A DNA stretch of 43,757 nucleotides from Octopus bimaculoides (Eukaryota), in NCBI RefSeq assembly GCF_001194135.2, contig NC_069001.1:38476284-38520040 (forward strand). The letters run 5' to 3'. Shown here in pieces: positions 1 to 8,851 of the stretch. The notes under the pieces are model-generated. The model was not told the DNA's origin and did no database searches. It saw only the letters and a list, made by a program, of their open reading frames with translations. Within the stretch, counting starts at the first letter, position 1. The number at the start of each line of letters is the position of its first letter. A program made the translations under genes and the position numbers.

Positions 1-1
1 A

Positions 2-58
<57 letters not shown>
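1..58. repeat. (TA)n microsatellite
   Basis: Visible. Similar tracts at ~2385..2425, 7285..7408, 35990..36148, 38375..38431, 38800..38828 and 43700..43757. Confidence 0.95.
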
Positions 59-61
<3 letters not shown>

Positions 62-218
62 GGAAACCGAGAAACCGGCCTGTGTGACTCAGGAAGGACG
101 TTGATATAGAGACTTAGCTAACTGTGTATACACAACCATATATACAATCACACTCAAATAGAAAGAGAGAGTTAACAATGTGTAAAAATATCTATACTGC
201 CATGAACTAATTGACCCT

Positions 219-466
219 CCGTCGGCTACGACGATGAGTGTTCCAGTTGATCTCGTGAAATGAACGTGCAAGTGGCCGAGCACTCCGCAGACACACGTAA
301 ACCCTTAACGTAGTTCTCAGGGAGATTCAGCGTGACACAGAACGTGACGAGGTTGGCCCCTTTGAAATACAGGTACAACTCATTTTTGCCAGCTGAGTGG
401 ACTGGGGCGATGTGAAATAAAGTGTCTCGCGGAAGGGCACAAGGCACCGCCAGGTATCGAACCCAC
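219..466 (-). mobile_element. tRNA-derived SINE, family B (partial)
   Basis: Shares CAGCTGAGTGGACTGG..TGTGAAATAAAGTGTCT with 35628..35940. Its body matches 11706..11830 in the opposite orientation. Confidence 0.7.
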
Positions 467-636
467 ATACAAATGCATTCGCACACATGCCTACACACAC
501 GCACATACACACCGAAACAATTTATGTAGCAAGGGAAATAACTCTCATTGACTCCTCTCTCTCTACCTCTCTAGTCCGGTGTTTTCCTCCATTTGTCTGT
601 TTTCAATATTTTTATAGAATTTCCATCTCCCTGGCG

Positions 637-672
637 ATGTTCTCTCACAGAGATCTTCATGAAGAGATCGAG
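637..672 (+). CDS. ASB-like probable first coding exon (MFSHRDLHEEIE)
   Basis: ATG at 637 with G at -3 and a strong donor GAG|GTAAGA at 672/673. It joins in phase 0 to GAT GCT ATG at 1690. An alternative is a 22-nt internal exon 651..672 using the CAG acceptor at 650. Confidence 0.6.
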
Positions 673-2386
673 GTAAGATACATATACCCTGGATAGACAT
701 CATAAACTAATACAATACTTGTGTTAATCTCTACTTTAATGCATTCCTTTAAAGGCGATGGCAGTGCCACGTTTGACACGATTCTAAATATAAAACCCCG
801 TTTGTTTATTTACATTATATATAACATACCAATCTATCTAATACGCTCTTTATCTCTCTCTATACATACACTGTATGGCTATGTACGCTGTATATATTAT
901 GCATCATATCTCTGTTTGCTATCGCGTCTGTACACGATTGTTCTGCCTGCTAGAAATTACAGTCAAATTGACCTCCATGGACCCCTCATCATCATAAAAG
1001 AACATAGGACGCGTTTGAAAATGTAGTGCTTTACATGAAAATAGAGGTGATGGCAACGGCAGGACCGTCTTTGATCATGGATCGACTTGATCACGATTAA
1101 CCCACTGCAAAACGTCTACACCATATTTAAATGCACTATATATATGTGTGTGTGTGTATATATGTCTGTGTGTGTAATGTGCCGTCCCGGCGCAAGATGC
1201 ACCGTTTTCGTGCCGTCTCTGTGTATATCCTGGCTTCCAATTTTTGTGTTTTGGTTTTCGGTCTACGTGGCACCATTTCCAGTCGGTGGAATCAACGAAA
1301 TGGCTGGATCCGCTCGATTGTTTGGTTGCAGGATTTGAAAGACTGAGAGGCAAACTTGGATCATGTTGCGTAATTATTTTGTGGGCATCGAGCAGTTATT
1401 ACTGTACTGGCCCCTGACACGAATGTTTGAGGAATGGCGTGTGGGGACAGTGCTTACCATTCCTCAGAGTTTGGAACAACGTGCTCGAGAATTACATACA
1501 TCATTATCGTCATTTAACGCCCATTGTCCATGCTGGCATGGTTGGACGGTTTGATCAGGGTTGGTAAGCCTATGGGCTGCACCAGATTCCAGTCTGATTT
1601 CGCATGTTTTCTACAACTGGCATTCTGTAAAATCTTCCTAAAACCAGTTTTTTTTGTTTTTTTTTGGCTTTGTTTTCTCCTTTTTTCAGGATGCTATGCT
1701 GGAATATGAAACATATGACAAGTCCTTCCCTTTGCAAAATGATCTCGAAGAAGCCGTTTCCCATTTTGATCTTCAGAAAGTCTGCAGAATCCTTGACAAA
1801 GGCATCGACTTGGAGAATGCAACGAAACATAGGACATCGATTCTTCATTTGGTTCTGGAATTGGCGGAGAAGGAGGAGGATGTGTGGGACGGTGGGTAGA
1901 GCGCTGTTATACACTTTCATTATAGACGTACAGACACACACACACACACGCAGTCTCATGAACACATATACATACACTGACAGATTCATAGACTTACACT
2001 CACACACACACACACACTTGATAGTGGAAACAGCTGTAACCTAATAAAGTTCATAACAGAATTGTCTATTCCTTTTGTCGTCTCATTTTCTTATATGTAT
2101 GTGTGTGTGTATATATATGTGTGTGTGTGTGTGTGTGTATGTATATATATATAAGACATAGGATGGAAGAGTCACTGTTATATTTATAAGAAAAAGATGA
2201 CAATGAAATAAATGATTATCTTATGAAGTTGGTAAAATAATCCTTTATTCCTTTGTCACCTCTCTTTCTTCTTACCACTGTATACTCAGCCAACACTTCA
2301 TTCAAAAACATACGTATATTGAGTTCTACATCAGGTTTTTAATCTCACGATGAATAAGTGAAATATATGTATCTGTGTATATATCT

Positions 2387-2427
<41 letters not shown>

Positions 2428-5400
2428 CAATTAAAAGGGTAAAGGTTTATCAATTTATTAATTTATTAATAAATCAACAATTAATAATTTTTACATATAT
2501 ATGTATATATGGAAGATTATGATCTGATAATCTTGTTAGTCTGCAAACATGAAAGTTCTTGATATTGAATACAATAAATGAGCTTCTAGGAATAAATCCA
2601 TGTATATGTGCGTGTGTGTACGGACTTTGTTTATTCTTTGTTTTTGAAGCTAAGCAAGATTCCATCTCCAAGACACCAATGGTACTTCCTGAACGATTGA
2701 TGAAGAACACAGCTGAGTGAGTGTCCAGTGAATTGTAACTGTTCCCACTTATTCTTTACTTTCTCTCTCTCCTCACAAATGAGGCAATTATGGAAGGGAT
2801 AGAATTTCATTGTTGCCAAAACACAGGGTCCACCATTTGTTTTTGGTTCCAAGAATGTTTTGGTTTTGATTTGTTCTGGAGTTGGACTTTATTGAGTATA
2901 GTTTCCAGAGGGTAGACATGCAAGGGAGGAAGGATTGGGTGGAGTGGTTATTGTTAGTCATAGACTCGCTCTTCCTTAAATGGGGTAGCCTAAAGGGGTA
3001 TCCCAGATAATGTTGGTGGGGAAGTCAGGGGCCATTGTAATAGGGGTAAAATCATGCAGAGAGAGGTTTGTGGGGCCCAGAAGTTGGTATGTGTTACTCA
3101 GGGGCTTTCTCTCCTCTCTCTCTCTCTCTCTCTCTTTCTTCCCCACTCACACTCTCTCACTCTTTCTTTCTCATGTCCAGATGTCCAGCAAATATTTGAA
3201 AAACTCTTGGCATTCGGTGCACCAGTTAACAAACAAGACAGATTTGGCCGGACACCACTTCACCTTGCGGTCAGTTGTGGTCAGTCATCACAGATAGTGA
3301 AGCAACTGATAGAGAAAGGTAGCAAAGTTGATAAACAGGACAATGCCGGTAAGAATTCTTGCTTTGACCAAAATACGAACCAGAAAGAAAATCATACAAT
3401 TGTTGTTTAGCCCTAGGTCAGTCTCAGCTGTGACCATCCTGTCTTTGTATCTCGGACGGCATTATTTTTATGTGGCCTTCTTTGTCATTGATGTCGTTTA
3501 GCCCCAGGTCAGCCTTGATCCAACTGACGTTCCAGCTGTGGCCACCCTGACTTTTATTCAGGCATAATGTATCAGGCATAATGCATTGTTAAATGTGTCC
3601 TTGTTTTGTTTAGCCCCAGGTCAGCTCTGATCCAGCTGGCCTATGATCAAAGATGTTCCAACAGTGACCATCACTTCTTTCATTCAGTCATGATGTATCT
3701 AGGACTACATTTTCTAATTTGTCCTTCTTTGGTGCTGTTTAGCCCCAGGTCAAAGCTGTTCTGATTGTGACCATCCCATCTGTTAATCAGACAACTCACT
3801 TCCCATACCAACCTTATTTGAATGTCTCTTCTTGTTGATGTTGTGGCCTTCATTCTGTTATTGCTTCTCCAGGTTGCACTGCCCTCATGATTGCCTTCCT
3901 GGTGACCCACTACGACATCATCGACATCGTCACTCACCTCTTGGACTCAAACTGCCAGGTGAACCTTCGAGATCAGAACGGCTGCACAGGTAAACCAACC
4001 ATCAGCATCACCACCACCACTATCATCATCTCCATCATCATTATCATCATCATTACTACTACCACCACCACCACCACCACCACCATGTCACCATCACCAT
4101 CATCATCATCATCGTCATCATCGTCATCATTATCATTACCCTCGTCATCATCACCACTACCATCTTCACCACCACCATCACCATTTCATCATCATCATCA
4201 TCACCACCATCACCACACTACCTTACTTACCTTCATCATCATCATCATCATTTCAGTATTTATGTGTATATTACCTTGAAGACAACTTCCATGATGACCA
4301 CCACTAAATACCCCGCTCCTTCTCTCTCTCTAATTCCCATCTGCCCCTCCCCTCTATTTCTAGCCCTCCACTATGTCTGCATGAACAAGAAATATGATAC
4401 AAAGACAAGATTCCAGATTCTCAACAAATTATTCAGTGCTGGGGCCAGAGTCAATATTCGAGACCACGAAGGTGAGTCATCGCTCTACTGCTTCTTCTTC
4501 TTCTTCTTGTGACTGTTGTTGTTGTTGTTGGTGGTGGTGGTGATGGTGTTGTTGTCGGGGGTGGGGGGATGGGGTGTGACTCGTTCTTGTTCTTATTACT
4601 ATTGCAGGATTGGTGTGAAAGACCGGATCTTTACTGTTTGAAAATAAAGCACGTAGAATGTTTGGGTTGGATGTGACTGGTTTGAATGGACAAGAACTGA
4701 GAAACTTTGAGAGAATGTGAAATTATTCGGTTTTGGAATGGTGAAACTGGAAGCAGATAAAGCTATAGATAACAGCATGTAACTATTAAGTTTAAAAAAC
4801 CCTTGAATAAAAAAAAGTGAAAGGTTGTTAATAGGACTTGAACTCACATCTCCTGTAGTCATGACAGATGCTCTACCACTGGACCAAAGCAATCTTTTAA
4901 ATTTCTACATCTGTTTTAGAATTTTTATTCTTACCATTGAGAATTGTCTGTTGTTGATGTCTTAGGAATTTATAAACTCCTTGAGAGAATGCAAAATTAT
5001 TTTTTGGAACAGTTAAACTGGAAGCAGATAAAGCTATAACTAATAATGTGTAAATTTTGGGTTAAAAATCCCTTTGGATAGGAAAAGTCAAAGGGCTGCC
5101 TGTGGCACATCACAAACATTTAGAAACTCCGTTATTCATGTTTAACGAAACAGCCGTTGAGATTTTCTATCCAAAAAGAATCCATTATCTTACATGCTGT
5201 TATTTATAGCTCTGTCTACTTCGAGTTTCTCAGTTAAAAACAAATTATTTATCATATTCTGTCCTTTCTGTTTACCATAATTGGAATCATTTTCCTGTTT
5301 CAGGTTACAGCCCTGTCTGCTATGAACTGGACCAAGTGTTAAAGAAATCTCAAGCTTCACACGGAAAGTACACCAAGTGTGACTTAACCATTCTCCGACG

Positions 5401-5758
5401 ACTTCTTCAAGGTGGCGCCATCATTGATTGCAGAGCCTATGAGAAACAGGGCGTTTGGTTGCGGAATATCCTCAAACAAAACCTCAATTTATTGTATTCT
5501 GTGCTGGATGTTGTGACCCCGACTCAGCGCCACTGTAAACTGTACCAATTCCGGAGGTTTCTCACATACACCTATTCCAAAAGTGATCATTTCTGCCCAG
5601 ACACCTCCAAGAAGCTCATCGAACACATGTACCGACCGATAAACTTAAAACTTATTTGTATGACATACATCCGAGATATTTTAAAGGACCAACTGCACCA
5701 GCGAGTGCATCTGTTGGAGATCCCTATAAAACTCCAGCATGATATTTTGAATGTATGA
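637..5758 (+). CDS. Ankyrin repeat and SOCS box-containing (ASB-like) protein, 6 coding exons, ~361 aa
   Basis: join(637..672,1690..1891,3181..3348,3873..3989,4364..4471,5304..5758) = 1086 nt. All introns are GT-AG and all phases are consistent (0,1,1,1,1). Ankyrin motifs include GAPVNKQDRFGRTPLHLAV, VDKQDNAGCTALMIA, VNLRDQNGCTALHYV and VNIRDHEGYSPV. The C-terminus is a SOCS box, PINLKLICMTYIR...VHLLEIPIKLQHDIL*. Exon 1 is less certain; the fallback ATG is at 1696. Confidence 0.9.
1690..1891 (+). CDS. ASB-like exon 2 (first degenerate ankyrin repeats)
   Basis: T-rich tract plus CAG ending at 1689. Encodes DAMLEYETYDKSFPLQNDLEEAVSHFDLQKVCRILDKGIDLENATKHRTSILHLVLELAEKEEDVWD. Donor G|GTGGGT, phase 1. 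Confidence 0.85.
3181..3348 (+). CDS. ASB-like exon 3 (ankyrin repeats)
   Basis: CT tract plus CAG at 3180. Encodes (D)VQQIFEKLLAFGAPVNKQDRFGRTPLHLAVSCGQSSQIVKQLIEKGSKVDKQDNA(G). Donor G|GTAAGA. Confidence 0.93.
3403..3790 (+). repeat. Four degenerate head-to-tail copies of a dispersed repeat fragment
   Basis: GTTTAGCCC(C/T)AGGTCA...GACCATC units start at ~3403, ~3494, ~3605 and ~3735. Confidence 0.75.
3873..3989 (+). CDS. ASB-like exon 4 (ankyrin repeat)
   Basis: CTTCTCCAG acceptor. Encodes (G)CTALMIAFLVTHYDIIDIVTHLLDSNCQVNLRDQNGCT. Donor G|GTAAAC. Confidence 0.92.
3998..4255 (+). repeat. Compound (CAT/CAC)n microsatellite in ASB-like intron 4
   Basis: Directly visible trinucleotide runs. 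Confidence 0.9.
4364..4471 (+). CDS. ASB-like exon 5 (ankyrin repeat)
   Basis: TTTCTAG acceptor. Encodes (A)LHYVCMNKKYDTKTRFQILNKLFSAGARVNIRDHE(G). Donor G|GTGAGT. Confidence 0.92.
5304..5758 (+). CDS. ASB-like terminal coding exon with SOCS box
   Basis: TGTTTCAG acceptor at 5303, in frame with ORF 5336..5758. BC-box-like LKLICMTYIR and cullin-box-like LEIPIKL precede the TGA stop. Confidence 0.92.
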
Positions 5759-6893
5759 AGTAAGATGTTGAAGCCTGGCCCCACCCAGCCCAGCTGACCC
5801 CTTAAGAGCTTGTGAAAAACCAGATAGTAACATCAACCCTACCCCCAACAACCCTTTGAATTCTCCGGCCCAATTCAGCCCAACTGACTCCCTAAGGGTT
5901 CATGGACTATTAGAAAGTAACACCAACCCCACCTTAAGGGGCCTTTGAATTCTTGTCTCATCCACCATATATATTTATGTTAGTGGTTTCTTAAGTGCTG
6001 GATCTTCAACCCCACTCCCAGGGTTTATAAAAATTAGGGTCCTTACTCACCACAAGGGTTTATAAAATGCTTCGTCTTAAAAACCAACCTTCAAGGGTTT
6101 TTAGCAATCTCAGTTTTAGCCCCAGTTTCATGAGGTCACATGTTTGATTAATTTGTTAGGGATCTCACCTTCCCCCTACCCCCACCCCACATACACCATC
6201 ACACATTATGGTTTATACACCCAAGATTATATACCCTGGCATCTACTTGTAAGACAGACCTTCCAAAGGGTCCAGCTGCATGGTTCCTTTGCCTGCTAGA
6301 AGTAACAGCTATGTGTCCCTCAAATCACTCTTCAAACATCCTGTAAAAAAAAATTAGACTGTCACAGCTGGAACACACATACAGTCATAGATCTGCTCAT
6401 TCGAGACTGACCTAGGGCTAAACAACACAAACCCCTGGCTCACTGTGACACTGTGTCCACTCTTTTTCCCTTCTACTACTACGGTCTCTGCTCCTCTCAC
6501 CTATTAAACTGGGTACCATTCCCACATAAGCCCATTGCTCCCACCTCAAAACTAACCACCCAATCCTTCCCCTTCACAAATGCCTTCCACTGGAGTACCC
6601 TACATGTTTTCCTCCCAAATCTGAAATGGCAGAAGTTCAAACTACCCCACCCATCCCTACCCCTACCCCACCAGTCAGTGAGGGACGGGGAGGTGGGTGT
6701 CAGGGGCCAGGGGTACTGCTTCACATTTCTAAAGTAACTTGTGGAATATAATTTATACATGTATATATAAATATAAATATATTATTCTTAAACAAAAAGG
6801 TTGTTGATAGTGACTTTGAAGTTTTGGCTAGCTAAGCCATTGTTGGACTAATTGGTTTTAGTATAACTGAACATAAAAACAAACATTGACATA

Positions 6894-6909
6894 AATAAAT
6901 AAAAATAAA
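6894..6909 (+). terminator. Candidate polyadenylation signals of the ASB-like gene
   Basis: Overlapping AATAAA hexamers about 1.1 kb after the stop codon. Motif evidence only. Confidence 0.3.
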
Positions 6910-7084
6910 AGCCCCTTCAATCGTTGGGCGATATCCTGTGCTTGCGAAGACCTGTCAATCCAAGTGAAGCCTTAGTCATGGCCAGGCACCATTCAAGTGT
7001 TTGGCCCTCATGGAGACAGGTGACCAAGACCTTTGGCAATATCCCGTGCTTGTGTTGACCCTTCAGGCCAAGTGAGACTGTAAT

Positions 7085-7282
7085 TATGGCTGATGCCGGT
7101 GTCAAATCAATGGCACGTAAAAGACATCCTCTACACTCTTGGAGTGATTGGTGTTAGGAAAGGCATCCTACCATAGACACCTTGCCAAATCAGATTGGAA
7201 CCTGGTGCAGCTTATCAATTATTAGTGGAATCGTCCAACCCATGCCAGCATGGAAAGCGAACGTTAAATGATGATGATGATA
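7085..7282 (+). mobile_element. Dispersed retroposon-like repeat, family C (3' ATG-repeat tail)
   Basis: Ends CATGCCAGCATGGAAAGCGAACGTTAAATGATGATGATGA. Other copies at ~7670..7865(+), 1500..1620(-), 16690..16870(-), 17030..17118(+), 20200..20385(+), 33410..33580(+) and 35262..35420(-). Confidence 0.7.
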
Positions 7283-7309
7283 ATATACATACATATATAT
7301 AGATATATA

Positions 7310-7344
<35 letters not shown>

Positions 7345-7361
7345 GTGTGTGTGTGTATATA

Positions 7362-7430
<69 letters not shown>

Positions 7431-8111
7431 TCTAAGTTTATAAAGACGTGTGTGTTATGTATATGTAGGTATATTGCTGGGCCTTATAGCACAGTTATGT
7501 CTGTGTGGTTTGGCAGTTTATTTCATGACCATGTTCCTTGAGGTACAGTCCCTTTAGATAAATGCTCAAGCATATCTGTGTGTGTGTGTGTGTGTGTATT
7601 ATCATCATTAACATCATCATCATCAATACCATTCCCTCCAGTTGAGTGGGGGAGGGGGGTCTTGTACTGCAAGTTACTTGGGACCTCACTGATGCTGGTG
7701 CCACATAAAATGTGCCCTTTCCACTCTGTAAAGTGGTCGGCATTAGGAAGGGGATCCAGCTATAGAAACCCTGCCAACACAGAATGGAGCCTGGCACAGC
7801 TCCTGTCAAACCGTCTAACCCATGCCAGCATGGAAAAACAGACGTTAATGTTGATGATGATGAATGCATATATGTGTGTTTGTACTTGAAGGTTACGTCC
7901 TCCAGCATGGCCACAATCCAATAAATAAATACTAAAATAAAATTAAGAAAACAATACAAAATATCATAATATCGTTTAGTTTATCAGGAAATATTTTGGA
8001 AATGGTTCTCCCTATCAAACCCAGCAGGAATATCTGCTCTACACCCATGTTATATACTCTATAGGGTCCATCATAACATATTCCTTTGGTAATGCCACTG
8101 AGTACCAAGAA

Positions 8112-8851
8112 TTATCCATCAGTTGTCACCTCTTCAAGTACAGTCTTTGGTGTTGGTTCCGGGACAGACTCCGATGTAGACAACTCTTGTGCAGGTGTTG
8201 GTTCCGGGACAGACTCCGATGTAGACAACTCTTGTGCAGGTGTTGGTTCCGGGACAGACTCCGATGNNNNNNNNNNNNNNNNNNNNNNNNNNNNNNNNNN
8301 NNNNNNNNNNNNNNNNNNNNNNNNNNNNNNNNNNNNNNNNNNNNNNNNNNNNNNNNNNNNNNNNNNNNNNNNNNNNNNNNNNNNNNNNNNNNNNNNNNNN
8401 NNNNNNNNNNNNNNNNNNNNNNNNNNNNNNNNNNNNNNNNNNNNNNNNNNNNNNNNNNNNNNNNNNNNNNNNNNNNNNNNNNNNNNNNNNNNNNNNNNNN
8501 NNNNNNNNNNNNNNNNNNNNNTGTTGGTTCCGGGACAGACTCCGATGTAGACAACTCTTGTGCAGGTGTTGGTTCCGGGACAGACTCCGATGTAGACAAC
8601 TCTTGTGCAGGTGTTGGTTCCGGGACAGACTCCAATGTAGACAACTCTTGTGCAGGTGTTGGTTCCGGGACAGACTCCGATGTAGACAACTTTTGTGCAG
8701 GTGTTGGTGTAGGCTCTTCCACTGTCTCTATATGCTGTACCGATGCCCGGATAGCTTCATGGACTTTCTCAGCCAATTTCCCTAATTTGTTCCAATAGAA
8801 TATTTTCTCTGGACCACCAAAGTACTTGCCACAGATAAACAATTGTGGTAC
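8112..8851 (-). CDS. Glutaredoxin-like exon B (C-terminal half of the Grx fold plus repeat tail), gap-interrupted
   Basis: VPQLFICGKYFGG continues the Grx fold in phase 0. The repeat frame resumes after the gap and ends at TAA. Confidence 0.85.

Noticed and set aside
3990-4279. Poly-Thr/Ser/His extension of ORF 3887..4279
   Set aside because: It is read-through of a (CAT/CAC)n intron. The GTAAAC donor at 3990 gives the in-phase ankyrin continuation.
4829-4890. tRNA gene on the minus strand
   Set aside because: A/B-box-like motifs are present, but there is no canonical anticodon loop or acceptor stem. It is treated as a tRNA-derived repeat head.
8126-8266. Apparent frameshift (HRSLSRNQHLHKSCL) in ORF 8126..9001 after the gap
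   Set aside because: The N-gap length is only an estimate. The repeat phase implies 19+45n missing bases, which restores the frame to TAA at 8112..8114.
8151-8706. 45-bp array as a CRISPR locus, or as the plus-strand Cys-rich ORFs (CRCWFRDRLRCRQLL, CAGVGSGTDSDVDNS)
   Set aside because: There are no spacers and the context is eukaryotic. A short stop-poor unit leaves most frames open, and only the minus frame is continuous with the Grx domain and its splice site.
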